A stretch of 64,000 nucleotides of DNA. Source: Tubulanus polymorphus. Lineage: Eukaryota; Animalia; Nemertea. A model generated the notes under the pieces. The model saw only the letters and a program-made list of their open reading frames with translations, did no database searches and was not told where the DNA came from. Of this stretch, positions 1-12,200 are shown piece by piece (position 1 is the stretch's first letter; each line of letters starts with the position of its first letter). The translations under genes and the position numbers were made by a program. The stretch is taken from assembly GCF_964204645.1 (NCBI RefSeq), contig NC_134034.1:11668962-11732961 (forward strand). Reading direction: 5' to 3'.

Positions 1-5
1 TCTAG

Positions 6-640
6 ATGAGGAGAGAATCGCACAATGATAATGAAAAGTCCGAAAATGAAACTTCGAGATAGTAGTTTATTTCAACGTTTCGACTATATTTTAATAGTCA
101 TCGTCAAGAATAAATCATTATTCCTGAAGATGACTATTAGAATATAGTCGAAACGTTGAATAAACTACACTAGTTTAAGGAATACAGTATTCCTGAAGAT
201 GACTATTAGGATATAGTCGAAACGTTGAATAAACTACACTAGTTCAAGGAATACAGTATTCCTGAAGATGACTATTAGGATATAGTCGAAACGTTGAATA
301 AACTACACTAGCTCAAGGAATACAGTATTCCTGAAGATGACTATTAGGATATTGTCGAAACGTTGAATAAACTACACTAGCTCAAGGAATACAGTATTCC
401 TGAAGATGACTATTAGGATATAGTCGAAACGTTGAATAAACTACACTAGTTCAAGGAATACAGTATTCCTGAAGATGACTATTAGGATATAGTCGAAACG
501 TTGAATAAACTACACTAGCTCAAGGAATACAGTATTCCTGAAGATGACTATTAGGATATAGTCGAAACGTTGAAATAAACTACTATCTCGAAGTTTCATT
601 TTCGGACTTTTCATCATCATTGTGCGATTCTCTCCTCATC
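6..640. mobile_element. Foldback/inverted-repeat element enclosing the ribozyme array (probable inverted Penelope pLTR fragments)
   Basis: About 6-112 is the reverse complement of about 533-640. The left arm carries an antisense hammerhead copy with core TTGACGA. Confidence 0.7.
119..585 (+). ncRNA. Tandem array of 7 minimal type-I hammerhead ribozyme motifs (69-bp unit), Penelope-like
   Basis: Cores CTGAAGA start at 124,193,262,331,400,469,538 (period 69). Unit: stem I TATTC/GAATA, core CUGAAGA-U, stem II GACTAT-loop-ATAGTC, GAAA, 2-bp stem III AC/GU (palindromic ACGT), cleavage triplet GUU, then AATAAA. Confidence 0.8.
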
Positions 641-1137
641 GCGTCAACACGGATATAGTGTTCTACCAATCGTGATCGATATCTAGACCCTACGACCCCT
701 TTCAGGATGGCCACTGACCTGGAACACTCAGGGAATCGGAAAAATCGAGAAAAAAATCTGGGGGAAAATTTTACCAAAAAAACTGAAGAACTAAGGGAAT
801 TTGGATAATGCTATTTCACTCAGGGAATTTGGGTAATCGCATGGAAAAATTAGGCAAAACATGGGAGATTTGACAAATTTTTACCAAAAACCTGGAAAAC
901 TCAGGAAATTTAGATAATGCTATCGACCACGTGTTTGTTAATCAGTGCGTGATTCAATTAAAGATGAATGAATCGTAACGTTTTGAGCCTAGAAATTTCG
1001 TCGAATCTCTGGAGGGGAATTTTGTGATTCACATGGTTAAATCAGTAATAATTCAAGGGATTTGTAAATGGGCTGAAAGTGGTCACCCTGGCTTCGAATT
1101 GATATACATGTATGGTTATAATCGACTCCGTTTTCAG

Positions 1138-3152
1138 ATGGAAATGATGCAAGCTCGGTTGAATTGTTACGAAAGAGGTGAAACGCCGCCACCTAGCCCG
1201 TGTAACATGAACCATTCTGGTATAAACAACTCATCGTCAGTCGGTGGCGGTCTGTTGTGTGAAGCCACTGAATATGAGGTATGTTTCGCCTAAAACTGAC
1301 CCAAATTAAGTGCTGGAGATAATTTGAAAATTTTGAAATATCCCACCCCAGTATGTTCAATAACGGATATACCGGGTACTGCTATAGTGCGTCTGCACCG
1401 CAGTATTATTTCATCAGTTCATATTCATCGCTTAAAAGGATTTGTTTTTGTCGTTATTTCAGTATTTAAAGAACATTCTTTATCAGTACATGCTCGGCAA
1501 AGAAACAAAAGTAAGTTGTGTATCTCAACTGGCCCCTTGTATCCTAGACCCAGTTCCGCAGTTGCAACATCAGAATTGAACTCATTCTGAACTGTTAACC
1601 CTTTCAGTGCTGGCTAATTAATACCCTATAGTGCTGAAGATAATTTGAAAATTCTGAAAAATTCCACCCTAGTGTTGAATAACGGGAATACCACTATAGT
1701 GCGTCTACACCACAGTGCGGTGTATCGTTAGTTACTAATATTTCACTATGTTTGACAGGTGCTGCCATCTTTCAAGAGAGATAATTAGTAATTACTAATT
1801 AAATCAATACACCGCAGTGCGGTGTACTAGCAAAATCCATCACTGATTCATACACCGCACTGCGGTGTAGACGCACTGAAAGGGTTTTAAAGAGTCGGAT
1901 TTAATCAATAGTTCATAGCTGAGTTTGTGTTTTCGTATTAAGTGACTGATTTGATTTGTATTACAGGTTTTAGCGCGAGTTCTATGCACAATAATGCGAT
2001 TTTCTAAAGACCAAGCGCAACACGTTATAGAACGCGAAGAAGCCAAACTTGTCGTAAGTAAAATCTACGAACACCATTTATTTGTTTCACGAATGCCGTG
2101 CTTTTACTTGAAAAACTAACCTTTATCTATCTGGATTCGCATAAAAATGAATCTATGATTGTAAGATCAAGAGATGTAGTTTTAAGGGGGGGGGGTCAAC
2201 ATCAGACCATCTGGAAATTTCATTGTTCAATCAATGAAAAGTTTTTGCATGTTTGCCAGGGCGAACTTCAGTTTCTCGATTCTTGACTGTGGAACTAGAA
2301 AACAAACGCACAACTACAGTAGACTCTGTTTACGCTGGAGCAGATTGCCTCTGATTAACCCATGCCGCGAACTCAATGAGTCGATTGCCTCTGGATTATC
2401 ACTTGCCCTGCCTGAAAATAGACAAACAATTTTCTTACTCCGTGAGAACGATCCATCCGTCTGCCTCAGAGGAATTTACATACCTCAGAATATATAGGGG
2501 TCATTCATTTATTACGTACGCATTAGGGGAGGGGGAGGGGTAAGTGCAATTGCGTACTGTAATATTTAATGTATATGAAAAAATGGCTGATTTTGCGTAC
2601 AGAGGGGGAGGGGGGTAGAAGAATTCTAATTCTATGCGTACGTAATAAATGAATGATCCCATATTGGTCCCGTGAGATCTGGGGCAAGCACCGTCTACTG
2701 TATGATAGTTCGAAGTATTTTACTTTAGTGTCGGCTATCCTCATTCAGGCTTTAATTCGCGCTAACTGACGTTCGCTCGTAGAAAACAGACAAATTTATG
2801 CGCCCCCTGTTGCCTGTTTCGTGTACTAATTACCTTTCTCTAATGCTTATTCTCCTGACTCTTTCAGCACTGACAAACGCATGCTAGATAATAACATACC
2901 CCGGATTATTTAAGATACCGGTTAGTGGGATTAGTCACTTTTAATTGATAACAATTCCAACGACGAATTCATATTGATTCGTATTTTATGATTCTTTCCG
3001 CTTTTGAGACATGCTTGCGCAAGAAATACATTTTCCGTAAAACTCGAAATTTGTAACATGAAAAATTTTTGTTTCGTCGTTTGTGTTGAGTTTATTTTAA
3101 TAACTTGTTTTGTTTATATTTTCAGAGTTGGTTGCGCCCGGTGAGAACGTGA
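1138..3152 (+). CDS. GOLGA4: Golgin-245/GOLGA4-like, last 4 coding exons (GRIP domain); 5' part lies upstream of the window
   Basis: Exons 1138-1278, 1463-1510, 1967-2053, 3126-3152 (all GT-AG, phase 0) give ...EATEYE-YLKNILYQYMLGKETK-VLARVLCTIMRFSKDQAQHVIEREEAKLV-SWLRPVRT*. This matches the GOLGA4 GRIP C-terminus (EFEYLRKVLFEYMMGRETKTMAKVITTVLKF...EREDARLMSWLR). Confidence 0.9.
1599..1884. mobile_element. piggyBac-like MITE, family A copy 1
   Basis: Termini CCCTTTCAGTGC...GCACTGAAAGGG with left TTAA. Other copies at 5328-5608, 11456-11737, 41234-42033; partial copy near 1308-1410. Confidence 0.8.
2497..2660. mobile_element. Small MITE with TIR GGGGTCATTCATTTATTACGTACGCA
   Basis: About 25-bp terminal inverted repeats; second copy at 29192-29364. 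Confidence 0.75.
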
Positions 3153-3206
3153 AAACTTTTCAGGTGGATTTTAAAAACGCATTTAAATCATTCATATCGA
3201 GGTTTG

Positions 3207-3440
3207 ACAGTCTCTAGTAGCAGACGATCGGTGTGCGCCCTCTAGTGGATCAGTCTCACAGTCTCTGGTAGCAGATGATCAGTGTGCGCCCTCTAGTGGA
3301 TCAGTCTCACAGTCTCTGGTAGCAGATGATCAGTGTGCGCCCTTTAGTGGATCAATCTCACAGTCTCTGGTAGCAGATGATCAGTGTGCGCCCTCTAGTA
3401 GAGGTTTCAGGGTCTCTTGAAGCAGACGATCAGTGTTCAA
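3207..3440. repeat. 51-bp minisatellite (about 4 copies) in the GOLGA4 3' UTR, carrying CTCF-like motifs
   Basis: Unit cagtctctggtagcagatgatcagtgtgcgccctctagtggatcagtctca. GCGCCCTCTAGTGG is the reverse complement of CCACTAGAGGGCGC. Confidence 0.85.
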
Positions 3441-5327
3441 TATTCGAAAAATTTTCTTATGAAGGACCCCTGACCCTTAAGAGGTGTTCTATTCACCTTC
3501 GGCCCGCGGATCTGGCCCAAAACTCTATCAGGTGTCCTGATATCAGCACCTTTTCAGTGTAAACCTGTGTGTGATCGTCAATGGAATATTATCTAATTTT
3601 ATTTGTTAATAAATCGTCGAATTTGGGTGAAAGGAATTTATATGAATTTATCTCCGAACAATACCAGTGGTATATGTGTTGTGTGTGAAAACCACCACTA
3701 GTTAGAAGAAAAAAAAATAATTTATTTGTGGAATCTATTGGACCGGGTTTCGATAGTCCGTTGCAAGTTTTACATATTCAAACTGAAACCCAGTCTCACG
3801 TGAAATCCACAATTGCGGAACTGGTTCCACCAGCCTTCAATTTATGTTTATGAATTTCAAAAATTCAAGCCACTCAAAAGCCAGTTTATGAAGAGTATGT
3901 TGTTTTATCAGTCAGTCAAGGGGGGTCTGTTCGCTTGTGGGAACTCTATTCTATTTGTTAATGATAAAATCTTGTTTATTCTCTATATTGAATGTATTAT
4001 ATAAATGATGATGCTGATGTATTTATTTATTTTGTTGGATCAAAGTTTTAAGTATTATTATTATATATATAGTATGTATATGATGAAATATAGGTGTAAT
4101 ATATTATAATAGTATTGTGTGATTCGACTGAAAATATGGGGAAAAATAATAAAACTGACCATATTGGTCAAAATATAAAATGAAAGAAAACGTTCAATCT
4201 TTTATCAAATCTGAACCAGGAGATCCAGTATCACTGTGACACATGCTGCAGTTGTAGATTACCGGGTTCAAACCCGGAACACCCACATGCATCCTCTATC
4301 AGTGATCTCTGGGTTCAAACCCAGGACACCCCTATACATCCTATATTCCAGCATCAGGACCACTCTGAATCAGTATCAACGATTACTGGGTTCGAACCCA
4401 AGACAACCCTGTACATCCTTTATTCAGTATCAGGGCCACTCTGAATCTGGGACATCCTCTATTCAGCATCAGGATCACTCTGAATCTAGGAAATCCTCTA
4501 TTCAGCATCAGGATCACTCTGAATCTATGACATCCTCTATTCAGCATCAGAATCACTCAGAATGGGCGTAATTACTTTTTTCCAAACCAGGACACCACAC
4601 AGAGTTCATTCTCTATAACTTGGAATCAGTACCAGCAATTTCCGAGTTCAAACTACGTATCTTCTGTATCACCAGAGTTTTTTTAACCCAGTAAGTAATC
4701 GATTTCTACTTAGGAATTTTATTGTTCAGCATTATTCCAATAGATGGCGAATGCTGTCATTATCTATGTACCAGTATTGAATATCCTCCTTGGTTTTAAT
4801 TCCTATGCTCCTTCAGGACCACTCAGTACTTGGGTTTAGTCTAGTATCTAGCCGTTGTTCCTCATGACCGTAACAACGTCTGGTATTCAGACTATACTTC
4901 GTCCACCGTTAATCTCCTCTTATCAAAAGACGTGTAGATATTTTTCTTCGGGTTGATAACATTTTTTATTCGTTCATATACATATTTTACACATTGACAA
5001 GATTTTCAAACAGACAAAATACATTCAGATTATGATTCACATGTACAGGTACAGGTACAGTACTTTGCATATACACAGGTACAGTAGTTACAGCATATAC
5101 ACAGGTACAGTAGTTACAGCATATACACAGGTACAGTAGTTACAGTACCATGTTAAAACTATTAACAATATTGAGACTGAGAGGAAGACAATCATTAATT
5201 CATAACCAGTATGAACAGTGTTATTCGTCAGACAGACCTGCTGCTGAACCTACGAACTATACTATACTAAACTAACAGTCGTTATCCCGATCAGAGGATC
5301 TGAACCGAAATATTCTGTAGAATTTAA

Positions 5328-5608
5328 CCCTTTCAGTGCTGACTAATTAATACCCCATAGTGGTGGAGATAATTTGAAAATTTTGTAAAATTCCACACTA
5401 GTGTGTTGAATAACGGGAATACCACTATAGTGCGTCTACACTGCGGCGCGGTGTATCGTTAGTTACTAGTATTTCACTATGTTTGACACGTGCTGCCATT
5501 TTTCAAGAGAGATAATTAATAATTACATCAATACACCGCAGTGCGGTGTACTAGCAAAATCCATCACTGATTTATACACCACACTGCGGTGTAGACGCAT
5601 TGAAAGGG
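5328..5608. mobile_element. piggyBac-like MITE, family A copy 2, in the gamma-tubulin 3' UTR
   Basis: TTAA on both sides (5324-27, 5609-12); CCCT/AGGG ends. Confidence 0.85.
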
Positions 5609-6239
5609 TTAACCGGGAAAGAACACCAGGCCGTATTTAGAATTTAAGTAGGTTCACGAATACTAAGCACATCACTATAAAACAAGTCTTTTAAGTAGCT
5701 GTGTACATCAAAACTAGTCGAAATGCAATCACTGGACGATAACTGAACTACATAACAATAATTCCATTAACGCGAGTGAATTCACAAATTACTTCTATCA
5801 CCAGCACAACACGAAGAGAGCTCATTTATCGCTCTTAACACCTTCAGCCTGAAAATACAACCAATTACTATTATTTCACAATATCTTAAATACTAGCATT
5901 TCTTTATATTCTGGACCCAATTCGACAGAGTTAAGATTCGACTCAAAGAGTTATTAATTCATTGAAAATGAACTAATTTCAAATCTGTAGAATATGAACT
6001 TGAGTTCATCTATACTGAATACTTTAGTGCGGGGTCATAGACTAAATTGTGCGACTAGCTATAGAACTAAGATGGTCTGAGTCCTGGGGTCAGTTGGTAA
6101 AAGATGATCTCAGCAGGTAAATACCATATTTACAATGAACTTTTATATTCAACTATCCACTGGTTAACTGTAACCAACTTTTGAACAACAGACCCCCGTG
6201 TAACTGTGAGGGGGGGGGGGAGGGGGTGAATAATATGTG

Positions 6240-9200
6240 TTAACGAACCTGTTGAGTTCCCCACGAGATATAATCCGGTTTCGTAGCGCCGTTGTATTCG
6301 TCGACTAATTGTTGTATGACCTCGCGGGAGTTGTCCAGTTCGTCGAGATTGTTCGCGAAAATCTCCTCCTTTTTGAACTGATCCAAAAACGCTTCTCGTT
6401 TGCGCAGTTTATCGTAATGACGCAACGTACTTTCAAATAACTACAAAATAAACAGAAATCTATTCATCGGTTGCTCAAACATTTTCATGGATCAGGACCT
6501 CGGGATTCTTGCAGATAAGGGAATGCGACCCTTGATCAAAGATTTCTGATTAAATTATGAGATATGCTCAGTGAAGGCTGTTTCTTAAAAAGATGTTCTT
6601 TGTGTCACTCATCACCAGCAAGAACAACAAGACACCAAATATTCAAATAATCCCAGAATTTTCAAGAAAAGTCAGATTCCTAGTAATTTTCCCTGATCTG
6701 TGTTGGACCCTGTTAAATCCTGTTTCTAGGTTGAAATTTAATCAAAACATACGAAATGGACGAACAAGTGATCACCAGTTCTCTATAGAACCGACAGCTA
6801 GCCAGCAGCTGCAGCCAGCCTGGTTCTCTATAGAACCGACAGCTAGCCAGCAGCTGCAGCCAGCCTGGTTCTCTATAGAACCGACAGCTAGCAGCAGCTG
6901 CAGCCAGCCTGGTTCTCTATAGAACCGACAGCTAGCCAGCAGCTGCAGCCAGCCTGGTTCTCTATAGAACCGACAGCTAGCCAGCAGCTGCAGCCAGCCT
7001 GGTTCTCTATAGAACCGACAGCTAGCCAGCAGCTGCAGCCAGCCTGGTTCTCTATAGAACCGACAGCTAGCAGCAGCTGCAGCCAGCCTGGTTCTCTATA
7101 GAACCGACAGCTAGCCAGCAGCTGCAGCCAGCCTGGTTCTCTATAGAACCGACAGCTAGCAGCAGCTGCAGCCGGCCTGGTTCTCTATAGAACCGACAGC
7201 TAGCCAGCAGCTGCAGCCAGCCTAGTTCTCTATAGAACCGACAGCTAGCAGCAGCTGCAGCCAGCCTGGTTCTCTATAGAACCGACAGCTAGCAGCAGCT
7301 GCAGCCGGCCTGGTTCTCTATAGAACCGACAGCTAGCAGTAGCTGCAGCCAGCCTGGTTCTCTATAGAACCGACAGCTAGCCAGCAGCTGCAGCCAGCCT
7401 GGTTCTCTATAGAACCGTCAGCTAGCAGTAGCTGCAGCCAGCCTGGTTCTCTATAGAACCGTCAGCTAGCCAGCAGCTGCAGCCTGTGAGCGATGAGAAT
7501 AGTTACCGTAGCGATACTCGTGTGATTGGCTAACATTAAACCGCTGACTCGATGAGCCGATTGAATATACGGCGATTTCCTCGACAGCGCCACCTGTATC
7601 GACGCCGGACCCCACGGAATAAACTGCGCTAATTTACGTTCACGAATTCGCTGTAGACTTTTGTGCACCTGAAAAATAACGGTAAAATTCAAAATCAGAG
7701 AAAGAGTAAGAAGGGTTTGTTTAGCAGCAGAGTGAACGCCCACGGGTCTCTTGGTTTGTGTGATTGAATACAGGTGGCAGCAGAGTCTCTTGGTCAAAAG
7801 TTCTTCTCATGCTGGGAAAGCAGAAAGGGTCTGAGACGAGAGGTATTTTGATATTTACCTGTGTAGGATCGACATTGATATATAACAGTCCGAGGGGAGG
7901 GAGGGGGGAGGGGAGAGAGGTATATTGATATTTACCTGTGTAGGATCGACCTCGCCCTGTATTACATTCAGTATTGATACATAACAGTGTTCCGAGGGGA
8001 GGGACGGGGGAGGGGAGAGGGAGGTATTTTGATATTTACCTGTGTAGGATCGACCTCTCCCTGTATTATATTCAGTATTGATATATAACAGTCCGAGGGG
8101 AGGGAGGGGGGAGGGGAGAGGTATTTTGATATTTACCTGTGTAGGATCGACCTCTCCCTGTATTATATTCAGTATTGATACATAACAGTGTTCCGAGGGG
8201 AGGGAGGGGGAGGGAGACGAGAGGTATTTTGATATTTACCTGTGTAGGATCGACCTCTCCCTGTATTATATTCAGTATTGATATATAACAGTGTTGCGCG
8301 TGTCTATGAACCGGTGTTGATACCATCATATTCTTCGGCTGAAGCAGACGCCTCATTACGTCTAATACTGTCGTTTTACGCACGCTCGCCACCTGAAAAT
8401 AAATTCAAATATTCGAATGTCAAACGCCGATTGATGTACAAAAACCTTTAATCCTGAAAATCTCTTGAGGGGAGACTGTGAGGTTCTCTGAGGGGAACCC
8501 GCTGTGAGGTGTTTATCACAACATTGAGTGATGAGTGAAAGTCTAGTCATGAATGTAAGATGTGAAACATGTCACTAGACCGGCACCCATCACTCACTGA
8601 TGAGATCCTCCTTGTGGACCACTCACTGATGAGACCCTCTTCAAGGAGCGAGAGAATCACTCACTGATGAGATCCTCGTCGAGGAGCGAGTGCATCACTC
8701 AATGATAAGATCCTCCTTGTGGACCACTCACTGATGAGATCCTCGTCGAGGAGTGAGTGCATCACTCGAAGAGTGGTTGTATCACTCCCTGATGAGACTG
8801 TGATACTCCTCTATAAAGAGGGGGTTAAAGTGTTTGTGATAAACCGTTGTTTAATCAGATGAGTGAATATCTAGTCATGATCTGTATTCATTAACACATG
8901 TACCAGACATTCACACATCCAACTAAACCGGTAAAAACAATCTCCGCAAATCCGTCTGCTTAGAAATCCTTGACCCTTTCAGGAATCCATTTCGAGTTTC
9001 AAACGTTTCGTTAGTCCGTCTGCTGTGTGTCGATTCGGTTTCGAGTTTTTAAAACGATGAATTTCTGCGCAAGAAGAATCTTAAGGGATGAGTGTATATC
9101 TAGTCATGAAATAAACTAAATACATGCACCAGACATACAAACATCTCCTACTAAACTTCAGTCATCGGTCCTCAACTGTGGAAATGGGTTCATAAGTGTG

Positions 9201-12200
9201 GAACTGGATCCTGAACGGTGGAGCTGGAGTACTGCACTGTGGAAGTTGGTCCTTAAGTGTGGAACTGGCTTACTGTATGGAACTGTGTCCAGAATAGTGG
9301 AGCTGGTGTAATGCAGTGGAACTAGAGTACTTTATTGTGGAACTGTGTCCAGAACAGTGGAATTGGTGTACTGCACTGTGAAATTGGTATACTCTACTGT
9401 GGAACTGGGTACTGCACTGTTGAACTAGGTCCTAAACTGTGAAACTAGGTCCTGAACTGTGGAACTGGGTCCTGAACTGTGGAACTGGGTACTGCACTGT
9501 GGAACTAGGTCCTGAACTGTGGATTCTATGTGGAACTAGGAGCTGAATGATATGCATAATAGAAGTATACCTGTGAGTCAGTTGTAAGTGGGGTATAACC
9601 AGTCATCAGATAATGTAATCTCGGAGTAGGAATTAACGGAGCGATCAATCCGATCAGATCATTGTTCATGTAACCCGGGTAACGTAACGTCGTCGTACTA
9701 ACGGACATCACCGTGGAAACGAGTTGATTGATTTGGGCGAACGTCGGGTTCTCGATGTGGAGCCGGTCGGCGGCGATACGGTGCAAAGCCGTGTTGTCCA
9801 ATACTACCTGAAATACATTCAAACAAACATCTTCACTTCTGATCCTAGTACAGTAAACCATGCCTGAACTTGGGACTAACTGGGGCCGCCAATATTGGTT
9901 CTAGTTAAGCAAATATCGATAAGAAAAACAAGATAAGAAATAATCTTGTTTCTGAGATGGGCGAGGACTCCTGGGGCCGGTTGCACAGTCATGGCTTAGA
10001 CTTAGAGAGACCAGTCTACGACCAACTTAGTTCTAAAGCCAATCTAACAACTTAAGACCAGTCTAAGACCAACTTAGTTCTATAGCCAATCTAACAACTT
10101 AAGACCAGTCTACGACCAACTTAGTTCTATAGCCAATCTAACAATTTAAGACCAGTCTACGACCAACTTAGTTCTATAGCCAATCTAACAACTTAAGACC
10201 AGTCTACGACCAACTTAGTTCTATAGCCAATCTAACAACTTAAGACCAGTCTTAAGATTTAAGACCACTTTGGGACTGAAGTCACGACTGTGCAACTGGG
10301 TCCAGTAATCTAAATTCTACGAAATTAACTATGGAATTGATTCTAGAACTATTTTTCTTAACTCAATTGAGTAGAAACTCAATTGTACAGCTTTAAAACG
10401 TATCGGTGCGGTTCTGATCCTAGAATTGGAAGTTATGTTTTCTTTCTTTGTAACAGCTCCGATATTGACACTTACGACACAGTCAGCGTTCAACGTCAAT
10501 CGTTTAAGGGTTAATATTGAATTGTACGGCTGAACAACTACATCGCTCATTTCATCCTGATTCGGGAAAACTGAATACGCTTGAATCAACTTCTTCGGAA
10601 ATCTGAATATATATACGAAATGACATCTAAACAATTCATACCAATACTCACGATAACTTTGGTCCCTAACGTATTTGACATAAAAAATAATAGTTTAATT
10701 GAATGTAATTAGTAATAATTCTAGGCCCAGTTGCTTTAAGATAGCCAGCCGATAAATACTTTAGTAACAATGAACTTTCAACTGTCATTATGTCAACTAT
10801 CCACTGGTTTTAACTCTAACCGACAAATATCTTTATACTCAGAACTGTGGAACTGGATCAAAGCGTGCAGGGTTTCAGTATTAACCTGGACCCAGTTACA
10901 CAGTTATGAGTTAACTAAGAGTTGAAATCAGTTCATTTTCAATGAGTTAATGTAATGCAGAGTCAAATCTTAAAATCTTCAAACCGTGGAAATGGATCTA
11001 GATCTGTCGAGGAACTGGGTATGGAAAATAATCTTACCTATCGTTTAGATTCTCAAGAATATATGATCCCATACCGGAGCCCGTACCACCGGCAATAGAA
11101 TGACAAACCACAAAACCCTGAACAAAAAAAAATATAAAGCATTTCGACGTGATGACAGTTTGCAGCAGGTTTTTAAGAAAGGATAGGTTTAAATAATAGG
11201 AACCAGTAACCATTTAAGAAAACAGAAGGTGACAAATAGGATCTCATTAAAATCCGACCCAGGCTAAAGAATTGGTTTGAACCGTCAACCCAAAGGTCTG
11301 TTTCATCAAAAAGTCCAAGCATAAAACGGTTAAGTTCGAATTGTTGTCCTCATTCGACATAAGTAGTTTAACTGGACTGCGCCTGAACTAAGACAACCAC
11401 CACAGGAATTTCAAACTAGGAACCTCAAGACTATCACATTTTACATGTTGTTTAACCCTTTCAGTGCTGACTAATCAATACCCTATAGTGCTGGAGATAA
11501 ATTTGAAATTTCAAAAAATTCCACCCAAGCGTGCTGAATAACGGGAATACCTCTATAGTGCGTCTACACCGCGGCGCGGTATATCGTTAGTTACTAGTAT
11601 TTCTCTATGTTTGACAGGTGCTGCCATCTTTTCAGGAGAGATAATTACTAATTACATCAATACACCGCAGTTTAGTATTTAGCAAAATAGCTAACTAACT
11701 AGCAAAATCCATCACTGATTAATTCACACTGAAAGGGTTAACCGGACTCCACCTAAATTAAAGAGATTTTCAAACTAAGAACCTCTAGACTGTCGCTGCC
11801 GTCTGCTTCGCGGTCAATAATATCGAACACCTCCTCGTGAAGTTTCCCGGCCTGACAGTAGCCGCTCGCCCAGTTATTACCGGCTCCACCGCCGTGTTTC
11901 GACAGGTAGATATTCTCGGGGTTATACAGATTCGCGTACGGCGAAGACATGATCGAATTGATAACACGTGGCTCGAGATCGAGAAGGACGGCGCGCGGGA
12001 TATAGTGTTCATCATCGGCCTGAAATATAAACATTTACTAATTATTACTGGTTTAATTAATTTGAGGTTTAGATTTAAAACCAGTCCAAGCTTATTTTGG
12101 TTTTATAGCCAATATAACAACTTGAGACCAGTCTATGCTCATTTTAGTTATAGCCAATCTAATAACTTAAGACCAGTCTCTAAGCTCATTTTGGTTCTTT

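Noticed and set aside
119-585. CRISPR-like appearance of regular repeats here and at 43726-44350
   Set aside because: Units repeat in full with no unique spacers, there are no cas genes, and the context is eukaryotic.
8590-8800. Repeated CTGATGAG as hammerhead cores
   Set aside because: No stem II followed by GAAA and no cleavage-site helix.
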